Shown here in pieces: positions 10,568 through 18,338 of a stretch of DNA of 64,000 nucleotides (the first letter of the stretch is position 1; each line of letters opens with the position of its first letter). A program made the translations under genes and the position numbers. The DNA lies in contig JBBRLY010000012.1 of NCBI GenBank assembly GCA_038231155.1, forward strand, positions 64,645-128,644, written 5' to 3'. Under the pieces are notes generated by a model. It was not told the DNA's origin, searched no databases, and worked only from the letters and a program-made list of their open reading frames with translations. This DNA is from Candidatus Saccharimonadales bacterium. Its GTDB lineage: Bacteria; Patescibacteriota; Saccharimonadia; Saccharimonadales; JANWIN01.

Positions 10568-13500
10568 TTATTCGGCAGGTGGCGGTGGTGGCACATCTAA
10601 ACCACCAAATCGACTAGGATCTCGAGTTGCTCTTACAAGCGCTGCTTCTACTCTCTTACCAGAATCAGTAGTAGCACGACCATCAGCATCTTTTGGACCT
10701 ATAAGACTATCAAGCTTTGTTCTTAACACTTCGGCGGTTTCTGCAGGTGTGTTATAGCCATAGGCTGCTTGAGCCCATGCATCTAAAGTAGCAGTTTTAC
10801 GGGCATCTGTTACGCGCAGCTTCTGTCCTGATACAGCGTCTGTAATAGTGGCAGTTGCGTCGCTTGAAGTATCGGCGTTCAAAATTGCATCCAAAGCACC
10901 ATTTTTTAGAAAATGTCTTTCTATTTGTGCGCTTTTTGCCCCGGCTAGCTCTTGTACACTAGTTCGGGATAGCTGAATACTTCTAGCTGCAACACCTCCA
11001 GCAATGGTGCGACCAGTAGCTGCATCTACTTGTTCACTATATCCAACCTTACTCAATCCCCCTGCTTGGGCATTTATTAATCCAGCTTGAGTCTTAAAAG
11101 TATCCCCTAAACCTGGCGCAGTATCATTAAGCAAGTTAGTGTAGTTAGCGATTTCGTTATCGTCATCAGATGTAAGGAATCCTTGTTGTGCTTTAGCTAA
11201 ACCTGCAGCATAACCAATATGTGCCCGTCCGAACTCTTCAGTCCTCCAAGTTTCTTCAAGAAAAGAAGCTGAACTTTGAAGCTGATTTGCTCCGGCCAAG
11301 TTTTGTGTCCCACCCTTTGCTCTTAGATGTGCGATACTTTCATCAAGGCCGGCTCTTGTGACACGTCCTTTATTTTTGGCAGAAATACCCATAATCTCAG
11401 TTAAAGCTTCTTGATTAAAACCGGCTTGGGACATCCATTTTGCTAAATCTTGACCTTGCATAGCAGATTTTTGAGTTAATTCCGTTGCTAGGGCGCGACC
11501 CCGAGGAGTACCTAATGCAATTCTGGCGGTGTTCATAGGATCTGCTACACCTCCAGCAAGTCTATTAAGCCCTCTTAATTTTCCGGTTGGATTAAATCGG
11601 CGATTTTGAGAAGCAAATTCGTGTAACTCTTTTCTTTGTTGAGTTCGTTTCTCTCTTTGTTTATCAAAGAAACCACGTGAGCGATCATTAGCCATACCAG
11701 ATAATGTCGAGAATAGTCCACCAGCAAATCTAAATGTCAGAGGTATTAGGGCATAGGGGATAATATAAGCAAATATAACCAGTACTTGTGATTCCCAACT
11801 AGTTCCTCGAGTATCAGTAATAACTGATGCAAATATTTTACCTGAGCCTATAAGTATCAATATAAATGGGTACATTAAAAGTAATTTAAAAAATGAGTCC
11901 CACCAAAAATCCCAGCCTTTTTTAGTCCCAGGGAATATCCAGCATAAAATGGCCAGTGGTGCCAAAAGTAACAAGGCAAAAATAAGTATTTCCCGCACAG
12001 TTAGTAGCAAAAAGCCTATAAAAAGAATTGCAGCGGTTATTAAAGCTACACTTATAACAATGCCAAAGCTTATTGACCCAGCAAGTATTAATCCACCAAA
12101 TACTAGTAAACCAAGACCGGTAGTAGTTGTACTGTTACTAACTTTTATAAAATCTGCTAGGGTTTTATTAGCCACTCCAAATGGCTGAGTAATTAATCCT
12201 AATATTCCTTGCCCAAGGGAATTGGTGAATACTACCAAAAACCGAGTTATATACCAAGATACGCTGATAAACAAAACGGCTATTAAAAACCGCGGCATGG
12301 TCCGTCTAACAGTATAGGCATCCACAAAGCTGAAATTTAGAGCCGTACTAATTACCATAATTAGCATTAGGGGTACTAATATAATCAAGGCAATGTCTCG
12401 AATTCTCCCCCAGGCTTGCTTTAATTTATCGGTCTGACCATGTGTCCCTAGACTTTCAGGGTCAGGTGTTTTAAGTTGTGCCTGAATAGCAGAATCTAAG
12501 CCCTGAGTAGCTGAATCAAGTAGTTGAATAACTGGGCAAAATGCCCAACCCAATGCACCTGAGTGTGCTCCACAGCTATCAGCAGTAATTGATCCACTGT
12601 TTGCATTATTAGTTGCTAAAGCTGAACTTCCGGCTGGTTTATGACCGTTCTCTTTACCACCACCAATAACTTCTCTAAGCCCTTTTGCAATTTGACAAGC
12701 CCCATTATTTTGCAGATTTCTACCAGCATTGAAAATATCATTTGGCCAGCCATCGTTTAAATTATCATTTCTTAGTATAAGAGTACTTTTAGGTTCTCCA
12801 GGAACCGAAGCCGTAAATGATGACGAATAACAATCTGGAGGTGTTGAATTGTTTCCAACACGGCCCTCCGTGCCATAATAAGGTCCAGTTCCATTGGTTT
12901 GAACAAATATTATACTTGCCGTATTATTAGCGTCATCGGTTGAGGAAATTGTTCCAGCATCCTGCCACCAAAAATATATATCGTACGCGTCACTGCCTGT
13001 TTCCGGGTCTATGGGATTTTTAAAATTAATTGGTGAATCTTGCTCGGCACAATTATTTGTGTCGGCACCGGTAAATAAATGAATTGTGGCAGTTGCTGTG
13101 GCGAGGTGAAGGGTATCGTTGCCAATATTATTTGGCCAACTATCAATATAGTTTTTACCAGCACATCCTTGGACGTTTATAGCGCTAAAACCCAATGTGT
13201 CATCAATCTTCGGGTCTTTGTAAGTAATACCGCCTGATGTAATGGTACTGTGGTTTACCCAGGTACCTGATTGAGGTACCGGACCAGTTGGACCAGAAGG
13301 TATGGTGATAGTTATAGGAAAATTCTTACCATTAATACTGCCGCAAACGCCCCCGCTAGGAGTAATAGTAGCCTTAGTATCTTTATCTTGCCCATTGCTG
13401 GTTCTTAGATAGTAAAAACAATCATTTGACGGGTCACTACTATTACCATCTTCAAATACATATTCTCCTTTAGAATTCCATTTAAATGTAGCTTGCTTGG

Positions 13501-13666
13501 GACTGTTTGGAATATCAGGCCCGGTAATTGTTATATTAAATTCGTTTGAGTTGTCGTGATAAATGTAAGAAGAAGCAGCATTTACACTTTTTGGTTGTAA
13601 TAAGCTGGCTAATAGTGGGACAAGCAACAGGAGACTAAACCCAACAAGTAATAAGCGACGTTTCAT
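10568..13666 (-). CDS. VirB6/TrbL-like polytopic T4SS channel protein with ~400-aa secreted N-domain and ~370-aa C-terminal tail
   Basis: Signal peptide ending VNA/AS; Cys-containing ectodomain; cluster of at least 6 hydrophobic helices in the middle third; soluble tail ending PPPPPAE; operon context. Confidence 0.6.
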   Translation of the reverse strand: MKRRLLLVGFSLLLLVPLLASLLQPKSVNAASSYIYHDNSNEFNITITGPDIPNSPKQATFKWNSKGEYVFEDGNSSDPSNDCFYYLRTSNGQDKDTKATITPSGGVCGSINGKNFPITITIPSGPTGPVPQSGTWVNHSTITSGGITYKDPKIDDTLGFSAINVQGCAGKNYIDSWPNNIGNDTLHLATATATIHLFTGADTNNCAEQDSPINFKNPIDPETGSDAYDIYFWWQDAGTISSTDDANNTASIIFVQTNGTGPYYGTEGRVGNNSTPPDCYSSSFTASVPGEPKSTLILRNDNLNDGWPNDIFNAGRNLQNNGACQIAKGLREVIGGGKENGHKPAGSSALATNNANSGSITADSCGAHSGALGWAFCPVIQLLDSATQGLDSAIQAQLKTPDPESLGTHGQTDKLKQAWGRIRDIALIILVPLMLIMVISTALNFSFVDAYTVRRTMPRFLIAVLFISVSWYITRFLVVFTNSLGQGILGLITQPFGVANKTLADFIKVSNSTTTTGLGLLVFGGLILAGSISFGIVISVALITAAILFIGFLLLTVREILIFALLLLAPLAILCWIFPGTKKGWDFWWDSFFKLLLMYPFILILIGSGKIFASVITDTRGTSWESQVLVIFAYIIPYALIPLTFRFAGGLFSTLSGMANDRSRGFFDKQREKRTQQRKELHEFASQNRRFNPTGKLRGLNRLAGGVADPMNTARIALGTPRGRALATELTQKSAMQGQDLAKWMSQAGFNQEALTEIMGISAKNKGRVTRAGLDESIAHLRAKGGTQNLAGANQLQSSASFLEETWRTEEFGRAHIGYAAGLAKAQQGFLTSDDDNEIANYTNLLNDTAPGLGDTFKTQAGLINAQAGGLSKVGYSEQVDAATGRTIAGGVAARSIQLSRTSVQELAGAKSAQIERHFLKNGALDAILNADTSSDATATITDAVSGQKLRVTDARKTATLDAWAQAAYGYNTPAETAEVLRTKLDSLIGPKDADGRATTDSGKRVEAALVRATRDPSRFGGLDVPPPPPAE

Positions 13667-13751
13667 TTTATTAAACTATAGCATAATGACATGTTTGTTA
13701 TCAGATAAGATCTCCCTTGTATAATATCATATGGGCAAAGGTATATTAACC

Positions 13752-13780
13752 TTGCCCTAAATCTTTGACAGATCTATAAT
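13752..13780 (+). promoter_or_regulatory. putative sigma70-type promoter of the pilin gene array
   Basis: TTGCCC - 17 nt - TATAAT read directly; ends 8 nt before the first ATG, implying a very short leader. Confidence 0.35.
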
Positions 13781-13788
13781 CTAACTGG

Positions 13789-14205
13789 ATGATAAGTATC
13801 AAAAATAAAAAAATTCGTAAAATACTACCGGCAATAATCGCCGTTTGTTTTGTTGGGCTACTACTATTATTTATAGGCATAAATACTAGTACAGCTAATG
13901 CAGATATCCTAACAAGTAAACAATTTAACGCTCCTTGTAATGACCCCAACGGTACAATAACTGCAAGTAACTGTGGAATAGTTGCCTACTTACAACTATT
14001 TATTAATGTACTATCCGGACTAGTTGGTATAGTAATTGTTATCATGATTATCTGGGGCGGAATTGAATACTCATCGGCTGGTAATGATCCTCAAAAAGTC
14101 GGAGCGGCTAAAAGTAAAATCTCTAACGCGCTGCTTGCCTTAGTTGTCTTTATATTTATGTATTCGTTCTTACAATGGGTAGTCCCAGGGGGGATATTCC
14201 ATTGA
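13789..14205 (+). CDS. VirB2/TrbC-like pilin paralog 1
   Basis: N-terminal signal/anchor helix, then helix - WGGIEYSSAGND loop - helix hairpin at C-terminus. Confidence 0.65.
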   Translation: MISIKNKKIRKILPAIIAVCFVGLLLLFIGINTSTANADILTSKQFNAPCNDPNGTITASNCGIVAYLQLFINVLSGLVGIVIVIMIIWGGIEYSSAGNDPQKVGAAKSKISNALLALVVFIFMYSFLQWVVPGGIFH

Positions 14206-14603
14206 GCAGTCTAATCTTTATCTGGCTACATCATTTTGCTGCAGCTTGTAAGCTAGCTCCAGGTGTCGGTGGCAGCTTTTTAGGTTTCCCAACTTGGTAT
14301 AAATATATAAATCATGGCATTGGCACTACTTCTTTCGGTCAAGGAACATGTACTCCAGTTTTTAGTTTTCCAGGTGATATTGGTAATGTCCTGTTAGCGA
14401 TTGTCGAAATCTTGCTTCGTATTGCAGCATTAGTAGCTGTAGCTTTTGTGATTGTCGGTGGGTTTGGTTACATAACTAGTCAAGGTGAACCAGAAAGAAC
14501 CAGGGCTGCCCAAGGCACTATTATTAACGCTATAATTGGTCTGGTAATAGCCATTATCGCAACGTTTGTTGTAACCTTTCTAGCTACTAATATAAATAAG
14601 TAA
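14175..14603 (+). CDS. VirB2/TrbC-like pilin paralog 2
   Basis: C-terminal helix - VGGFGYITSQGE loop - helix; a TTG at about 14202 overlapping the upstream TGA (TTGA) is a more likely start than the track start. Confidence 0.6.
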   Translation: MGSPRGDIPLSSLIFIWLHHFAAACKLAPGVGGSFLGFPTWYKYINHGIGTTSFGQGTCTPVFSFPGDIGNVLLAIVEILLRIAALVAVAFVIVGGFGYITSQGEPERTRAAQGTIINAIIGLVIAIIATFVVTFLATNINK

Positions 14604-14607
14604 TACC

Positions 14608-14895
14608 ATGCCAATAATTTTTAATCACATAGCCGATATACTTAAGACCACGGACGTAAATCTACCCCACGGCGACCCCTCTAAAGCTTTGCCCAATATT
14701 CTTAAAATTGTATTCGCACTGTCTGGCGCGGTATCGCTTTTAATAATAACTATTGCTGCTCTTCGAATGGTTTTATCTCAAGGTAACCCCGATAGCATTA
14801 ATCGAGCTCGTAACACCATTTTATATGCCGTTTTGGGTCTGATCATTAGTGTTTTTGCATTTACAATAGTGGCTTACGTAATTAAGAGAATTTAA
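14608..14895 (+). CDS. VirB2/TrbC-like pilin paralog 3 (short, divergent loop)
   Basis: Two hydrophobic helices separated by SQGNPDSINRARN loop; lacks the long N-domain of its neighbours. Confidence 0.5.
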   Translation: MPIIFNHIADILKTTDVNLPHGDPSKALPNILKIVFALSGAVSLLIITIAALRMVLSQGNPDSINRARNTILYAVLGLIISVFAFTIVAYVIKRI

Positions 14896-14896
14896 T

Positions 14897-15307
14897 ATGA
14901 AATTATTAATCTCAATACTTATATCAATATTATCGGTATTTTTAGTACTACAGTTTGGTCATGCCCGAGCCGACTTTACTGGACCGTTTTCAGATGTTTG
15001 TAAAACCAACCCGAACGCTACAGTTTGTATTGACTCTAATACTAAGAATAATCCGCAAGATATTAATGGTAGTAACTCAATTTTCGGCAAGGACGGTATC
15101 TTACTCAAGATTACCAATATAGTTAGTATCTTTGTAGGTGTGGCATCAGTAATCATGATAGTTGTTGGTGGTCTTAAATATGTTTTATCTAGTGGCGACC
15201 CTAATAACACCACCTCAGCCCGTAACACGGTCATTTATGCCATAGTCGGGTTAGTAGTAGCCGTAATGGCCCAGGTCATAATTGCTTTCGTTATAAATAA
15301 GCTATAA
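14897..15307 (+). CDS. VirB2/TrbC-like pilin paralog 4
   Basis: Signal peptide, Cys pair in N-domain, C-terminal VGGLKYVLSSGDPNN hairpin; starts 1 nt after upstream stop. Confidence 0.65.
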   Translation: MKLLISILISILSVFLVLQFGHARADFTGPFSDVCKTNPNATVCIDSNTKNNPQDINGSNSIFGKDGILLKITNIVSIFVGVASVIMIVVGGLKYVLSSGDPNNTTSARNTVIYAIVGLVVAVMAQVIIAFVINKL

Positions 15308-15318
15308 TTATCAAAGTT

Positions 15319-15714
15319 ATGAAGCGCTTTTTTAACCAATTATCAGCAACTTTTATATCACTAGCACTACTTCTTGGACTAGTGGGATTAACGGCTGGAA
15401 CTGTCTATGCGGCTGGCGCAAAAGACAGTGTCTGTCAGGGCATTGGTTTGGTTAGCGGTGATAATGGCTGTGAAACTCCGGCCGGAAGTAAAGGCATAAA
15501 CGACATCACCCAAATTGTTGTCAACACGCTTAGCATTGTTGTTGGTTTTATAGCCGTAATTATGATAATTATTGGTGGCTTAAAATATGTCACCTCCTCA
15601 GGAGATTCTAATAATGTTAGCTCGGCTAAAAATACCATCCTGTATGCCATTGTTGGCCTAGTTATAGTCGCTTTGGCTCAGGTAATCGTAAGATTTGTGC
15701 TAAAGAAAGTTTAA
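15319..15714 (+). CDS. VirB2/TrbC-like pilin paralog 5
   Basis: Signal peptide, Cys pair, IGGLKYVTSSGDSNNVSSAKNTILYAIVGLVIVALAQ. Confidence 0.7.
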   Translation: MKRFFNQLSATFISLALLLGLVGLTAGTVYAAGAKDSVCQGIGLVSGDNGCETPAGSKGINDITQIVVNTLSIVVGFIAVIMIIIGGLKYVTSSGDSNNVSSAKNTILYAIVGLVIVALAQVIVRFVLKKV

Positions 15715-15793
15715 CCAAGAGGCATAAATAGTTGAAAGCCACAAAGTGTTTATGATATAAAACAAGGTAGTATAATGAAAGGTATTAACTAAT

Positions 15794-16219
15794 ATGATTA
15801 AAAAAATAAGAGCATTACTGTTTAGTCTGGCTGGGGCAATAACTTTATTATTGCCAGCGATAGCCATGCCGGTATTGGTACACGCCGATAGTATTCAGCC
15901 CGGTCTAGGATGTGGTGCTAACCTTCAGTTTACAGACAGTCCAACTACGGACTGTAGTGGTGGTAATGGCGATCCCCAGGGAACAGTCAATAATATTGTT
16001 AAAACGGTTATTAACATATTTTCCGTAGTCGTAGGTATCATTGCGGTTATCTTTATAATCATTGGTGGTATTAAGTACATAACTTCTGGTGGTGACTCTA
16101 ATAATGTTTCCAGCGCCAAAAATACAATCTTGTACGCGATTGTTGGTTTAGTAATTGTAGCTTTGGCTCAAATCTTGGTCAGATATGTTCTAGCTAAAGT
16201 TTCCCAATCAACTCAATAA
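15794..16219 (+). CDS. VirB2/TrbC-like pilin paralog 6
   Basis: Signal peptide, Cys pair, IGGIKYITSGGDSNNVSSAKNTILYAIVGLVIVALAQ. Confidence 0.7.
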   Translation: MIKKIRALLFSLAGAITLLLPAIAMPVLVHADSIQPGLGCGANLQFTDSPTTDCSGGNGDPQGTVNNIVKTVINIFSVVVGIIAVIFIIIGGIKYITSGGDSNNVSSAKNTILYAIVGLVIVALAQILVRYVLAKVSQSTQ

Positions 16220-16258
16220 GATTAAATTGTAAGGGGTCCAATCAGGACCATAAAAATA

Positions 16259-16293
16259 GAAAAAGACCCTAAATCATTACCAGGGTCTTTTTC
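16259..16293. terminator. bidirectional intrinsic terminator between pilin array and hsp20
   Basis: GAAAAAGACCCT - 11 nt loop - AGGGTCTTTTTC, A-run and T-run on either side, between convergent genes. Confidence 0.7.
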
Positions 16294-16302
16294 TAAAATT
16301 GT

Positions 16303-16782
16303 CTAAAGTACTTGGATCTTCTTAACTGTATCTTGTTTTACTTTGGTAAAACTGATAGTCAAAACACCGTCTTTTAATACAGCCTCAATCTCATCTTCTT
16401 TTACGGCTACAGGTAAGGCAATGCTGCGTGAAAATTCACCCCAGTAACATTCTTGAACAAAGTAATTCTCCACATCATCTTCATTTCCAGCAGACAAAGT
16501 ACCACGAATACTTAATGTATTGTCGGCAATACTGACATCTAGATCGTTTTTATTGACTCCAGCCACACGGCCTTTAACAACCAACTTCTCTTTAGTTTCA
16601 TAAACATCGACTGCTAACTGACCAGGTACGGCTTCTTCTTCGTCCCATTCTTCTGAGGTTGGTGCTGGTTGACCACTACTACTGGCATTATCATCACTTG
16701 CTGGTGCATCTTCTTCACCCAAAAAAGCAGCTGTTAGTTCATCTTCCATCAACAGATCATCGTCACGGCTTCTTCGAGCCAT
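16303..16782 (-). CDS. hsp20: Hsp20/alpha-crystallin family small heat-shock protein
   Basis: C-terminal alpha-crystallin pattern (AVDVYETKEKLVVKGRVAGV ... GEFSRSIALP ... DGVLTISF) with acidic disordered N-terminus. Confidence 0.85.
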   Translation of the reverse strand: MARRSRDDDLLMEDELTAAFLGEEDAPASDDNASSSGQPAPTSEEWDEEEAVPGQLAVDVYETKEKLVVKGRVAGVNKNDLDVSIADNTLSIRGTLSAGNEDDVENYFVQECYWGEFSRSIALPVAVKEDEIEAVLKDGVLTISFTKVKQDTVKKIQVL

Positions 16783-16800
16783 AGTAATTTTCCTCCTCCT

Positions 16801-16815
16801 TTAGCTGACAGCTAA
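16801..16815 (-). promoter_or_regulatory. perfect 7-1-7 palindrome TTAGCTG-A-CAGCTAA in the hsp20 leader, abutting the Shine-Dalgarno
   Basis: Read directly; shares the TTAGC...GCTAA termini of the CIRCE operator seen upstream of groES in this window. Confidence 0.35.
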
Positions 16816-16852
16816 AAGCTCTTTAACTTTTCAGCTTTTTGTCTTATAGCAA

Positions 16853-16881
16853 AGTATATCCTAGGTTATTATCGCTAGCAA
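16853..16881 (-). promoter_or_regulatory. putative hsp20 promoter
   Basis: On the minus strand TTGCTA - 17 nt - TATACT, about 70 nt upstream of the ATG. Confidence 0.45.
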
Positions 16882-16997
16882 CTGCTAAGGGTATTTATTT
16901 ACAACAGTAGCAAATACAACACACCTCTATTTTCCAGACATTAAGCTATTCGTAGGTTCCGCCCAAATGCATTAACTGATATAATCACCTCTGTTAC

Positions 16998-17088
16998 GGA
17001 AGGGTCGCATAGTTGGTCTAGTGCGCCTGTCTTGAAAACAGGTGTGCCGGCAACGGTACCGTGGGTTCGAATCCCACCCCTTCCGCCA
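16998..17088 (+). tRNA. tRNA-Ser (anticodon UGA), CCA encoded
   Basis: Hand-folded cloverleaf: acceptor GGAAGGG/CCCTTCC, anticodon stem CCTGT/ACAGG with loop CTTGAAA, long variable arm, T-loop GGTTCGAATCC. Confidence 0.9.
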
Positions 17089-17284
17089 TTTCGATAGTGA
17101 ATGGTTCTCTTTCAAACCCTTAACTCTTGTCTCGCTCTCTGTCGTAGGAACGACATCGAGCTGACCCGACGCACGACGAGAGTCAAGCTGAGGTGGTCGC
17201 ACCCAGGGGTCGTGCTCTCGGGCTGCACTCCCCAGCGTCGTCGCGCCGACCCGCGACTGTCTGACTGGCCTCTCGGAACCTCCC

Positions 17285-17668
17285 TTATCGGTCGGTGCAT
17301 TCGAGTGCGGCGAGCGCCTCGTTCGTGCTCGAAACTCGCATCACCAAGGGGTGGTAGAGAAACATCGTTGGGTCTGCGCCAGAGACGATCGCGATCACGT
17401 GCTTGCCGAGGGCCAAGGCAGCCCCGAGCTCAACGAACAGCCCGACGCCTCTCGGATGGACCATCACGATGACAACGTCCGCGTCACGGACGCCTGCGAG
17501 TTCGAGCTCCGCAGCGCTCTGCGATGCTCCCGCGTTCTTGTCGTATGGGCGAAGGTGCTCTATCGAAGTCCAGTCGAATGTCACATTGTGGCCGCGTTGT
17601 GACAAGACCGCTATCAGATCTTTGACGTCCTCGTGGTCACCGACCTTGCCGGAGACGAAAACGCGCAT
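17285..17668 (-). CDS. nucleoside 2-deoxyribosyltransferase-like protein (high-GC island cargo)
   Basis: 127 aa, MRVFVSG...DADVVIVMV...GVGLFVELGAALALGKHVIAIV resembles the Rossmann-like NDT fold pattern with conserved E; high GC3 in this frame. Confidence 0.45.
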   Translation of the reverse strand: MRVFVSGKVGDHEDVKDLIAVLSQRGHNVTFDWTSIEHLRPYDKNAGASQSAAELELAGVRDADVVIVMVHPRGVGLFVELGAALALGKHVIAIVSGADPTMFLYHPLVMRVSSTNEALAALECTDR

Positions 17669-18019
17669 CGAGCTACGGAGCGACCCCGGGATTTTTACAT
17701 CAGTCGCGAGCGGTATGCAATCGGGTGCGAGTGGTTCGTGTTGCGCCTGCTACTGCGAAGGGCGTCGACTCGCTGGCGAAGAGTGGTAGTGGCTCGTCGC
17801 TAGATGTAGACACTTCGGCGGGCCACACCTGTTCCTACGATTGAACGTCGCCGCGTGGGGGCGATCAGAATTACGTGGCCATCCCAAGACGAGCGGCCGT
17901 TCCCGACGCGATCACGATTCACGAGGTGACATTCCTGGCCTTTGCGATCGCTATGAGCGCCGCCAGCTTGCGGACGCATGACCATTCCTGGGGTCGACCC
18001 GGTTCGCCGGACATCGTTG

Positions 18020-18237
18020 CTATGCCGCGTGAGCGACTCTCCTGTTGCAGATCCTGGCTTCGTATTCGGCGGGTGTCAGGTAGTCGAGCGTGAAGTGGAG
18101 ACGCCGCCGCGCGTTTGAAAGAGCGCGATCCACCCGGATGAGCGACCGGTACCTCAGGATGGCGCCGCAACAGGGGAAACATCCGCACCGGCACCAACGA
18201 GCGGAGAGCCTGCGAGAGCTTTCAAACCCGTCAGACT
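18020..18237 (-). pseudogene. C-terminal remnant of an rve (DDE integrase-core) transposase, IS3-like
   Basis: Minus-strand frame reads ...YRSLIRVDRALSNARRRLHFTLDYLTPAEYEA..stop, the typical ...LDYLTPAE(Y/F)E transposase C-terminus; no upstream catalytic region present. Confidence 0.4.
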
Positions 18238-18338
18238 GTAAGCATTTGTAAAAATTAGAATATTTCCACCTCTGTAGATTTAAAAAGTAATTCTAATTAC
18301 CACCTGTTATCAATGTTATAAAAGTTACAAATGCTTAC
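18238..18338. repeat. 101-bp AT-rich palindromic mini-element (MITE-like) inside the high-GC island
   Basis: Perfect 14-bp terminal inverted repeat GTAAGCATTTGTAA / TTACAAATGCTTAC, inner inverted repeat ATTAGAAT / ATTCTAAT; 26 of 101 nt are G+C. Confidence 0.6.

Noticed and set aside
13718-13780. Second -10-like box (TGTATAAT near 13719) and TTGACA at 13765 in the divergent T4SS/pilin intergenic region
   Set aside because: TTGACA is only 4 nt from TATAAT, so they cannot pair. The upstream box lacks a -35. Only the TTGCCC-17-TATAAT combination was kept, at low confidence.
2406-15650. Short antisense ORFs inside T4SS and pilin genes (2406-2618, 3216-3518, 3720-3902, 4731-4961, 6621-6905, 7365-7604, 11949-12188, 14959-15234, 15435-15650 and others)
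   Set aside because: They are shadow ORFs opposite long, motif-supported genes and have no independent signals.
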